The translations under genes and the position numbers were made by a program. This document shows, piece by piece, positions 1-7,896 of a stretch of 20,000 bases of DNA (the stretch's first letter is position 1; the number at the start of each line of letters is the position of its first letter). The DNA comes from an uncultured virus (IMG/VR IMGVR_UViG_3300042864_000556) (Duplodnaviria > Heunggongvirae > Uroviricota > Caudoviricetes), in IMG/VR virus record IMGVR_UViG_3300042864_000556; one strand, written 5' to 3'. The notes under the pieces are model-generated. The model was not told where the DNA came from. It made no database searches and was given only the letters and a program-made list of their open reading frames with translations.

Positions 1-726
1 AATGCAATATGGTTAATTTATTCAGCAAACGAGAAGGATAAGCTATCGGAAACAGACCCCGACTTCGACCCGAACTCATACGCTAAAAACATAACAATCG
101 AACCAAAAGCGGGTGGTGCGATAATGTCAGCACTTGATTTTGGCAAGAAAACGGCAGAAGAAGCTATTAAAGAATACTTGACATTGAAAAAAGCGGAAGT
201 AAATATCCCAACGAACATCAAAGAAACCATGTTCTATATCCCTGCATTTGCAACGGGTAGTGGCACGGGAAGGATGGTTGCTGCTGCGCTTGACAAACCG
301 CAAGACGAAACAATTAAGAAAATAGGCACTTTGGTTACTTACGGATTAAGAGGACAGCAAGTAGAAGATGCTATCGAGATACTTAAAGATGTAAAGCCCG
401 AAGACGTTCGCAAGCATATCTTCGCATTAAGGATGGGTAAGAACTTAAAGAGTTATGTGTATATTGTAGATAAGGAGTTTTATGATACCAATGTTGGGAA
501 GTTCCCTAAAGAAATCGGAGATAAGTTGCCTATATTGACATATCAAACAACTAGGGATAAAACAAAACAGCAAAAGGCTAATCGCAATGCAATGTTAGAA
601 ATACAAAAAACAAAGTATATGCAAGTAAAGCCTTTTGAAGTAGACCACTTTGACCCTAAGTTTTTCAAAGAAATGGAAGAAGAACAAGCGACACAAGAAA
701 ACACAAACGAGGGTGATGAAGATTAA
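1..726 (+). CDS. C-terminal part of a larger phage protein (5' truncated), function unknown
   Basis: Frame +1 is open from base 1 (NAIWLIYSANEKDKLSETDPDFDP...) and in frame with the listed ATG at 124. It ends at TAA 724-726 with an acidic tail. Confidence 0.75.
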   Translation, partial: NAIWLIYSANEKDKLSETDPDFDPNSYAKNITIEPKAGGAIMSALDFGKKTAEEAIKEYLTLKKAEVNIPTNIKETMFYIPAFATGSGTGRMVAAALDKPQDETIKKIGTLVTYGLRGQQVEDAIEILKDVKPEDVRKHIFALRMGKNLKSYVYIVDKEFYDTNVGKFPKEIGDKLPILTYQTTRDKTKQQKANRNAMLEIQKTKYMQVKPFEVDHFDPKFFKEMEEEQATQENTNEGDED

Positions 727-744
727 TTATACTAAATTCGCAAC

Positions 745-1665
745 ATGGCAATAGAACTAAAACAAAACATAGAAATAAACAATCCCGACTTAAACGTGTT
801 GGAGTTTTACGATGTAACTGGTGCTTACTCAACTGTTAATACGGGAGGGTTTGGCAGCCCTAATATTACCTATGCAAACGTAACAAGGGCAAGAATTAAG
901 GTAGCCCTATACCCCGCACAAGACAATCCGCAAACATTATCATCGGGTGAATCATTTGTGCAAAATGTAGAGTACATAAAAACATTAGGCGATTCAAGCA
1001 CGATAGATAACAAAGTGTTTACAATTGGCGACTACTTTGTGCCACACACAAGCGGATTAACCGTACCGACAGATGACGAATGGGAAACAACGGGTTATAT
1101 CGTAATAGATATATTGCCTGCAACGTGGCTACCGAATTCAAGCAACAATCCATTGTATGTATCTTTAAGCAACTTGCAGCAAGTAGCCGACACTATACAA
1201 GACGGAATCTATACAGTTGAATACGAAGCATACCAAAGCGTATCAGCCTTGCCACAAAGCGCAGTAAACGAGAATACTTATATAGTAATAGGAACGGGTA
1301 CAGTATCTTACAATTCAAATACTTACAGAAGCGGTGAAGTGTTTACGGCTGTTAATGCTAACACTATAACAGTAGCAAGTGGTAGCGCAAGTGTAGGTAA
1401 GTTAAACGCATCCAATACAAGGGATTATATTTTAGTCCCAAACATAGAATCTGTATTATCAGAGATGGTAGTATTAGCGACACAAAGCAGTTTGAATGTA
1501 GACGAGGATACACAAAAAGAAGCTATGTGGATGAGAATGATAGTAGACGCTACAAAGTATCAATATTGGAGTGGTGCAATTAACTTTACTTACGCACAGA
1601 CAATAATAGAACAAATAGGACAAACAGCTACAAGACTGAGGAATAGTTTGTCATTCAATATCTAA
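745..1665 (+). CDS. Virion structural protein, putative tail hub/fibre-attachment protein (paralog A1)
   Basis: 306 aa, beta-rich with a helical C-terminus. The motifs 'DVTGAY..NTGGFGSPN' and 'DGIYTVEY' recall crAss-like tail-associated proteins. Visibly paralogous to 4145-5023. Confidence 0.55.
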   Translation: MAIELKQNIEINNPDLNVLEFYDVTGAYSTVNTGGFGSPNITYANVTRARIKVALYPAQDNPQTLSSGESFVQNVEYIKTLGDSSTIDNKVFTIGDYFVPHTSGLTVPTDDEWETTGYIVIDILPATWLPNSSNNPLYVSLSNLQQVADTIQDGIYTVEYEAYQSVSALPQSAVNENTYIVIGTGTVSYNSNTYRSGEVFTAVNANTITVASGSASVGKLNASNTRDYILVPNIESVLSEMVVLATQSSLNVDEDTQKEAMWMRMIVDATKYQYWSGAINFTYAQTIIEQIGQTATRLRNSLSFNI

Positions 1666-1677
1666 TCTGTATATTTG
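1647..1677 (+). promoter_or_regulatory. Bacteroidota housekeeping-sigma promoter (TTTG-N19-TATATTTG)
   Basis: TTTG at 1647-1650 and TAnnTTTG at 1670-1677, 7 nt before ATG 1685. Confidence 0.6.
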
Positions 1678-1684
1678 TAGAGTT

Positions 1685-1972
1685 ATGTACACAGAAGCAC
1701 AGATAGAACAGATTTCCGAGTTATCCAAAGCAAAGTTTTTTGCAGAGGTACAAGAGAACGCTGCTCTATCACAGAATGCTTTAAACGTATATACGGGAAT
1801 CAAACAATTAATCAAAGCGTCAAACATGATATTTGTATTAGAAAATGTAGGTAGTAGTGACTTGAACAAGAATAAAGCAGCATCGGAATTAAACGGTATG
1901 CGTTATACTAATGTTCAATTGCAAGACAGCTACATGGAAAACGGATATGATGTAAACGGATATAGTTATTAG
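1685..1972 (+). CDS. Small helical protein, putative partner of the upstream hub-like protein (B1)
   Basis: 95 aa ORF tightly packed between the hub-like gene and the fibre gene. Same position as 5025-5267 in the second gene pair. Confidence 0.55.
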   Translation: MYTEAQIEQISELSKAKFFAEVQENAALSQNALNVYTGIKQLIKASNMIFVLENVGSSDLNKNKAASELNGMRYTNVQLQDSYMENGYDVNGYSY

Positions 1973-1974
1973 AT

Positions 1975-3969
1975 ATGGCATTAGAATTATTTACAAGGTC
2001 GGGGCAAGGTGCGGAGTTAAGCACATTACAAATAGACACCAATTGGCGTAGGATAAAAGCTGCGGTAGACACATTGCAAGCAGCCACATCGGGCGGTGTT
2101 GGAAGCGTAACAGACGTAAGCGTGAGTGCTATACCAACGGGTTTTTTTGCAAACGTAACCAACCCCGACACCACACCTTCAATAGCAATTACAACTAACC
2201 TAAATGGATTTGTAAAAGGAAATGGTAGTGGCTTTTCAGCCCAAGCGAATATAGTCCTTACAAGTGATGTAAGTGGCGTGTTACCTTTAGGTAATGGTGG
2301 AACAAATGCTATTTCATTTACAGCATCAAGGGTTGTGGTGTCTAATGGTGGTGGTACAGCTTTGGCTTCAAGTGCAGTAACAAGCACAGAGTTGGGGTAT
2401 GTAAGCGGGGTAACATCTGCAATTCAAACACAGCTAAACGCAAAAGAAGCTACGATTACTACACTACCAATAAACAAAGGTGGAACAGGCTTGGGAACAA
2501 CCCCTAACAACGGACAGATACTAATAGGCAACGGAACTAACTACACTTTAGCTAACATATCTGCGGGTGCGGGTATAAGCATAACCAATGGTTCGGGAAC
2601 AATAACAATAGCATCCACAGCAACATCAAGTCAATGGGTAGATTCGGGTAATAACATTTACTTTGGGAACTCAACTACGGGCAATGTAGCTATTGGAACT
2701 TCGTCATTTGTAGCGGGGTTAAATATATCAAAGAACGGAAGTAGTAGTGGTGTGGGGGTGTTGGTAACAAACATAGGGGCTAATGCTTTAGACGCAGCCT
2801 ACACACAAGTAACAAATGCAGATAATTCACAAACGGTTAGGTTAGTAGCACAAGGTCAAGGTAGTACAGATAACGCTTTAGTTGGTACGTCTTCTAATAC
2901 AGACTTTGACATTATTACTAATACCATACCAAGATTAAGGGTGGCTAATAGTTATAAGATAGCTGTATTAGGTGATAACAATTCTGCATACGAAAGCACG
3001 GTAGATAGCAAGCTAACTATATTTGGTGATGACTTAGGTTCGACAGACAACCTAACCTTAATGACGTTAATTGCGCCCGTATATGACGCTACACCGTCAT
3101 CAGCAGGTATAGAGTTTGTAGGTAGGGCACCTGCAACGCCAACATCGTCATTTGGATTAGCAAGAATAAGAGCCTATGACATGGGTGGCTTTTCAGGTGA
3201 CTTAGCTTTTGAAACAGACTTAGGCACTAACGACAGAAGTTTTGCGGAGCATTTAAGGATAAAGAGTGCGGGCAATATAGGAATAGGAACAACAACCCCC
3301 GAAGCTACGGCTAAACTACAAATAGCAAGTACCACACAAGGATTCTTAAAGCCCGTAATGACATCAGCGCAGTACGCAGCAATAGGAAGCAAGGCACAAG
3401 GGTTGGAAGCGTTTGATGCTACACAACAAAAACCAACGTATGTAGCGCAGTCAAGCGGACTGGTAGAGTGGGCTTCATCGGCTATATTTACGCAAACTGC
3501 AACAACAACTATTTCAAATAGCACATCGGAATTAACATTGTTTTCAACGGGGCGTGGTAGTTTAACATTGCCCGCTAACTTTTTAACAGTAGGCAAGACA
3601 TTAAAGGTAAGATTGATAGGATGGGTAAATGCATCGTCAAATCCTGACTTGACATTAAAGCTAAAGTATGGTGCAACTAATATATCAAACGATACACACA
3701 CAATGTCGTCAACAGATAACAACAGTATGTTTACTTTAGACTACTTGATAACTTGTAGAACTGTGGGTGCATCGGGGACTGTGTTTGCACAAGGAACTGT
3801 AACGTATGAAAGAACAGACGACTTGCATCAAATATTAAATGCAAAAACAGCAACGGTAACAATAGATACGACAGCATCAAACACTATTGATTTAACGGGG
3901 CAGTTTAGTTCAGCATCGGTAAACAACAATGTAAATATCACAAACGCAATAGTAGAAGTAATTAATTAA
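1975..3969 (+). CDS. Tail fibre / receptor-binding protein
   Basis: 664 aa, rich in G/S/T/N. It has an N-terminal fibre-anchor-like 'LFTRSGQGAELSTLQIDTNW', repeats 'LPLGNGGT'/'LPINKGGTG', and 'GNVAIGT'/'GNIGIGTTTP..AKLQIASTTQGFL.P.MT' motifs typical of Bacteroidota phage fibres. Confidence 0.8.
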   Translation: MALELFTRSGQGAELSTLQIDTNWRRIKAAVDTLQAATSGGVGSVTDVSVSAIPTGFFANVTNPDTTPSIAITTNLNGFVKGNGSGFSAQANIVLTSDVSGVLPLGNGGTNAISFTASRVVVSNGGGTALASSAVTSTELGYVSGVTSAIQTQLNAKEATITTLPINKGGTGLGTTPNNGQILIGNGTNYTLANISAGAGISITNGSGTITIASTATSSQWVDSGNNIYFGNSTTGNVAIGTSSFVAGLNISKNGSSSGVGVLVTNIGANALDAAYTQVTNADNSQTVRLVAQGQGSTDNALVGTSSNTDFDIITNTIPRLRVANSYKIAVLGDNNSAYESTVDSKLTIFGDDLGSTDNLTLMTLIAPVYDATPSSAGIEFVGRAPATPTSSFGLARIRAYDMGGFSGDLAFETDLGTNDRSFAEHLRIKSAGNIGIGTTTPEATAKLQIASTTQGFLKPVMTSAQYAAIGSKAQGLEAFDATQQKPTYVAQSSGLVEWASSAIFTQTATTTISNSTSELTLFSTGRGSLTLPANFLTVGKTLKVRLIGWVNASSNPDLTLKLKYGATNISNDTHTMSSTDNNSMFTLDYLITCRTVGASGTVFAQGTVTYERTDDLHQILNAKTATVTIDTTASNTIDLTGQFSSASVNNNVNITNAIVEVIN

Positions 3970-3978
3970 ATATATATC

Positions 3979-4167
3979 ATGGAAAAGAAAGAAAACGTAA
4001 TCAAAGTAGTAGAATTGAACAACGAGTTAATTGACATCATTTATCAAATGGGCGACATCTGTTTAAAAGCGGGTGGCAATCAAGCAATGGCGGGTGTTAA
4101 CTTAATCTATTCAGTAATACAAAACGCACCAATAAAGCAAGACAATGAGCCTGAATCCAACGATTAA
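3979..4167 (+). CDS. Small hypothetical protein (possible fibre chaperone)
   Basis: 62 aa ORF directly after the fibre gene with an AT-rich leader. It overlaps the next gene by 23 nt. Confidence 0.55.
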   Translation: MEKKENVIKVVELNNELIDIIYQMGDICLKAGGNQAMAGVNLIYSVIQNAPIKQDNEPESND

Positions 4168-5023
4168 TTACAACAGATATGTATTAGACAATATCTACCT
4201 AACGGACATGACTGCATACCCTATCAACGGGGTGGCAATAACAGACGTGCAAAAGACAAGGTTCTTATTTGCAACGGTAGACAGTATTAATAATGCATCA
4301 TCGGTAACTACATTGTTGGCAGGGGTAGAGTACGAGTTGGTGGGTACGGGAAACATAACGGTAAACGGCAGAACATTAAGTGCGGGTACTACCTTTGTGT
4401 TAATGAATGACGCAACCCCAACAATACCAACTACATTAACTATTAACCAAACGGGCTATTATACATCAGACACTACTTATTTACCAATAGACACAACAGA
4501 CGCTACGTTCACGCCCTCACAAGCGGGTGACGGTAATGTGCTTTACTTTAACGATGCTGTAAGGTTTATAAGGTATGAGATTTACACCACACAGTATTCA
4601 ACGGGATTGGTTACTGCAAGTTCGGGTGATAAGTTTATCGTAAAGGGAACTGAAAGCACCGATTCAATAACCTTTAGTGGTGGAACTTATTATGTAGGTG
4701 AAGTATTTAGTAGGGGTACAAACTTTACATTTGCACAAGGGGTAAATAACATTGGAACTTGTTATGTAGTTAAGTATAATGACGAAGTAGAGATAAGCAC
4801 ATGGACAGACAAGTTAGCTTATTCAACCTACCAATCGTTTGTACAAAGTGTCGCAAACAGTAATTTCTCAAACACCAACTTAATAGGAAACTACATGAAA
4901 GTATATTCATTGTTGAACTCTTTATATTTAGGTGCAGAAAGGGATGTAACATTTGACACCCAAGCGATGCAACAATCTTTAGACACTATTAATAACCTAT
5001 ACGCAAACGTACCAAGATACTAA
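4145..5023 (+). CDS. Virion structural protein, putative tail hub (paralog A2)
   Basis: 292 aa with colinear motif similarity to 745-1665 (VEY, TGY, T[WY]LP, YE[AI]Y, IV.GT...TY..GEVF). Confidence 0.55.
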   Translation: MSLNPTINYNRYVLDNIYLTDMTAYPINGVAITDVQKTRFLFATVDSINNASSVTTLLAGVEYELVGTGNITVNGRTLSAGTTFVLMNDATPTIPTTLTINQTGYYTSDTTYLPIDTTDATFTPSQAGDGNVLYFNDAVRFIRYEIYTTQYSTGLVTASSGDKFIVKGTESTDSITFSGGTYYVGEVFSRGTNFTFAQGVNNIGTCYVVKYNDEVEISTWTDKLAYSTYQSFVQSVANSNFSNTNLIGNYMKVYSLLNSLYLGAERDVTFDTQAMQQSLDTINNLYANVPRY

Positions 5024-5024
5024 T

Positions 5025-5267
5025 ATGCCAACAAGAAACATAGCAAGGATAAACACATTGTTAGATACAGAAAGCCAAGAGTATGTATCTAACATATCAA
5101 CACTAATAAGACAGTCGGAGAACGAAGCATTTGACTTGCCTAATAATTTGTTGGTAGTGTCTTTTATGTTAGATTATGTAAGCGAAAGCGTATTAAACAA
5201 CAACCCCAATTTAGAGGTTATGAATCAAGCCTTAGATTTTATCACAGTAAATAATTATATCTTATGA
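5025..5267 (+). CDS. Small helical protein (B2), positional equivalent of 1685-1972
   Basis: 80 aa. It starts 1 nt after the previous stop and has an ATGA overlap with the next gene. Confidence 0.55.
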   Translation: MPTRNIARINTLLDTESQEYVSNISTLIRQSENEAFDLPNNLLVVSFMLDYVSESVLNNNPNLEVMNQALDFITVNNYIL

Positions 5268-5653
5268 GTTTAACTAACTTAAAAAGCCCGTTTTCAACAA
5301 GCCAATGGGATAGCATAAAGAACTACATATCAAACCAAATAGCAGCTATATTCAATCCATCAAATACGGAGTCGGGAACAAGTGCTGTGGAGATAAATGC
5401 CACAAGTGGAGTGGCTGTATTTGACGATATAGTAGATGCAGATAGAAGTAGAATATTAACCATAAACAATTCAAACGTAACGGCAAATACTATATTGTGG
5501 GTTTCGTTAAAATACGATAATGGGAGTGGCACGGGCAAGCCATTGATTACTAATTATTGGACACAAAATAATACTATTACAGTAGAGGTTTACAACCTAG
5601 ATTCAGCAGACACCGCAAGCGATATATCAATAGCGTTTCAAATAGTAGGATAG
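5264..5653 (+). CDS. Small beta-rich structural protein (fibre-tip/spike-like)
   Basis: 129 aa. 'SAVEINATSGVAVF...LTINNSNVTANTILWVSL' resembles a beta-sandwich found at phage fibre ends. Confidence 0.5.
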   Translation: MSLTNLKSPFSTSQWDSIKNYISNQIAAIFNPSNTESGTSAVEINATSGVAVFDDIVDADRSRILTINNSNVTANTILWVSLKYDNGSGTGKPLITNYWTQNNTITVEVYNLDSADTASDISIAFQIVG

Positions 5654-5655
5654 CT

Positions 5656-5703
5656 GTTGATTTAGTCATACATTATTCATATCTTTGTCCAATATATAGG
5701 ACA
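5656..5703 (+). promoter_or_regulatory. Bacteroidota promoter (gTTG-N20-TATCTTTG) overlapped by palindrome TGTCC-N8-GGACA
   Basis: TTG at 5657-5659 and TATCTTTG at 5680-5687. The inverted repeat at 5686-5703 ends 2 nt before ATG 5706. Confidence 0.75.
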
Positions 5704-5705
5704 TC

Positions 5706-6014
5706 ATGGATATTAAAGATAAAAAGATTAGAGAGTTAGAAGCTAAGATTGCTATGCTAACTAAAGACCCAAGAGCAAAGTTCTACCAAGCATTAGAAGC
5801 GGGCGTCAATCACATTACAGAACAATTGAACAGCAAAAGGTTAGACTTTGAAACAGACACTTTTGCTAAGTCGGTATTGATACTAAGCGAAAAATCAGAG
5901 AAAGTATTTACGGGATTAACCAAAGGGATTGAAACCTTTATGCCACAAGAAGAAGCCGTTAGCAAGAAAGGTAAAAAGCCATCGGTAACAAACGAAGAAC
6001 AAGTTAGCGTATAA
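5706..6014 (+). CDS. Small helical protein coupled to terminase; candidate small terminase subunit
   Basis: 102 aa with an N-terminal coiled coil and a TAATG overlap with TerL. The function is inferred from position only. Confidence 0.45.
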   Translation: MDIKDKKIRELEAKIAMLTKDPRAKFYQALEAGVNHITEQLNSKRLDFETDTFAKSVLILSEKSEKVFTGLTKGIETFMPQEEAVSKKGKKPSVTNEEQVSV

Positions 6015-7837
6015 TGGAGATAATAGACAAGTCTGCAAAGCCACCTATATTTATATGGGAAGGGAAGCCTTCTATATTTAAAAACAAGTTAGAAGAAGTG
6101 CGTTGGTGGGAAGAAGAAAAACGTAGATGGCTAGAGGGGTATAACGGCATATCGGGGTTGATGTATTTTTATTGTACGCAAGTAAAGTTAAAGAATCGTG
6201 TAACGGGTGAGATAGGTTTGCCGATTGCTAGGGATGCGGAGTTGTTAATATTTGAAGCCATAGACGAAGCAAGAAAAAAGGGGAAGGGGCTATTTATAAA
6301 TAAAGGTCGAGGGATTGGATTGTCAAGTGTTATGTTTGGCATATCGTTTTATTTCTACAAGATATACCCAAACTCTAAAGTTATTGCAACAAGTAAGGAT
6401 AAAACCACTTTGGCTACTTTGTTTTCGGACAAGGTAGTGACTGCACTTGATTACATGGATAAGGCTATTAAGCCCGACATCATAAACAAAAACGAAACAG
6501 CAACTTCTGCATATTTAAAAATGGGCTTTAAGTTTAAGGCGCAAGACGGGCATGAGGACTATGGTATAAGCGAATTGCTATGTAGGGATACTGCCGAATC
6601 GGAAAAAGCAGCATCAGCGTTTTCGGGTACGGGTGCTATTTATGGTGCGTTTGACGAGTTACCGCTTAACCCAAGAAGAAACAAGCTGTTACAGTCGAGT
6701 AAAGATTGTTTTATAGATCAAGTAACGGGTAGAACAACGGGGTTTTTATTAACGGGTGGAACTATTGAGGACACACTTACGCCCGCAGACATAGCAAGTA
6801 TAAGGGATTTGGTGCAAGGTAGTAAGTATATTGGATTAGACTATTTGTTTATACCATCTACATATGGTAAGCATATGACTAACGGGCATAGCGACCATGA
6901 GAAAGCAAGGGAAGAAATACTAAGGCAACGAGAGGAGTATGAAAAACTAGACGACAAAAGTTTTTACAATGCCTATGTAAAAAATCAACCGTTGTCAATT
7001 GAGGAAATCTTTGAATTGTCGGGAAGTTCGTCATGGGATGATTATGCGCTAAACAACATTAACAAAAGAGCATCGGAAATACCTAAAGAGAAGTTGTCAA
7101 TAGGCACGTTCAAGATGAATGACTTAGGACACAAGGTAGAGGTAACACCATCGGTAAACGGCAAAGTAAAGATACTAGAACACCCTAAAAAAGGCGTGAA
7201 ATATATCATAGGCGTGGATGGTATTATGACATCGGAGTTAACGAGTTCAAGCAAAGACGCATCGGACTTTGCAGCGTGTGGAATGAAAGGAGTTGACCCA
7301 CAAAGCGACTTGCAGTTTGCGCCCGTGTTTTTATACAAAGAACGCCCAAAAAGTATAGAGGATGCCAACAGAACCACGCTAGACTTACTAAGGTACTATA
7401 ACGAATACGGCAACGCAAAGCTATTTACGGAAACCAACGCTGCGGGAGAACACCTTTTAAAGATGATACAGAACGCAGGATTGTGGGAGTGTGTAGGGTT
7501 TAGAAAGGACTTAAACAAAAGAGGTTGGGTAGATACCAAAAAAGCGGGATTCCATAGAACAGATTCTATAAAGGATTGGCAGTATGAAGCTGCTAATGTT
7601 TACTTTAAGAAGTATTCAGAAATGATTAAGTTCTTAGAGATTATAACCGATGCCCAAAAACCTTACGAAGCCAACAAGGATACGTTAGATTCGTTTATGG
7701 CTTGCTTGTATGGTTGGGGTACGGGTGATTTGCTAAACGAAAAGATGATACAAAAGAAAGTGATAACCATGTCCGTATGTGAATGGGATGCGGTTGCCAA
7801 TAAGTACATATGGGTAGAGAAACATTTTGAGGGTTAG
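6014..7837 (+). CDS. terL: Terminase large subunit
   Basis: 607 aa. It has a variant Walker A 'INKGRGIGLSS', Walker B 'YGAFDELP', motif III-like 'LTGGT', an RNase H-type nuclease motif 'YIIGVDG' and 'KDTLDSF'. It lies directly upstream of the portal gene. Confidence 0.9.
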   Translation: MEIIDKSAKPPIFIWEGKPSIFKNKLEEVRWWEEEKRRWLEGYNGISGLMYFYCTQVKLKNRVTGEIGLPIARDAELLIFEAIDEARKKGKGLFINKGRGIGLSSVMFGISFYFYKIYPNSKVIATSKDKTTLATLFSDKVVTALDYMDKAIKPDIINKNETATSAYLKMGFKFKAQDGHEDYGISELLCRDTAESEKAASAFSGTGAIYGAFDELPLNPRRNKLLQSSKDCFIDQVTGRTTGFLLTGGTIEDTLTPADIASIRDLVQGSKYIGLDYLFIPSTYGKHMTNGHSDHEKAREEILRQREEYEKLDDKSFYNAYVKNQPLSIEEIFELSGSSSWDDYALNNINKRASEIPKEKLSIGTFKMNDLGHKVEVTPSVNGKVKILEHPKKGVKYIIGVDGIMTSELTSSSKDASDFAACGMKGVDPQSDLQFAPVFLYKERPKSIEDANRTTLDLLRYYNEYGNAKLFTETNAAGEHLLKMIQNAGLWECVGFRKDLNKRGWVDTKKAGFHRTDSIKDWQYEAANVYFKKYSEMIKFLEIITDAQKPYEANKDTLDSFMACLYGWGTGDLLNEKMIQKKVITMSVCEWDAVANKYIWVEKHFEG

Positions 7838-7846
7838 ATATAGGTG

Positions 7847-7878
7847 TTTGCAAATGTGTCTACTAATTAGTACATTTG
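7847..7878 (+). promoter_or_regulatory. Bacteroidota promoter (TTTG-N20-TACATTTG) for portal, with TGTCT-N8-GTACA box
   Basis: TTTG at 7847-7850, TACATTTG at 7871-7878, box at 7857-7874. Confidence 0.8.
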
Positions 7879-7896
7879 TAATCTAATATTAGGTTA

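Noticed and set aside
3700..3969. Diversity-generating retroelement variable region at the fibre C-terminus
   Set aside because: No template repeat or reverse transcriptase is visible in the window. One elsewhere in the genome cannot be excluded.
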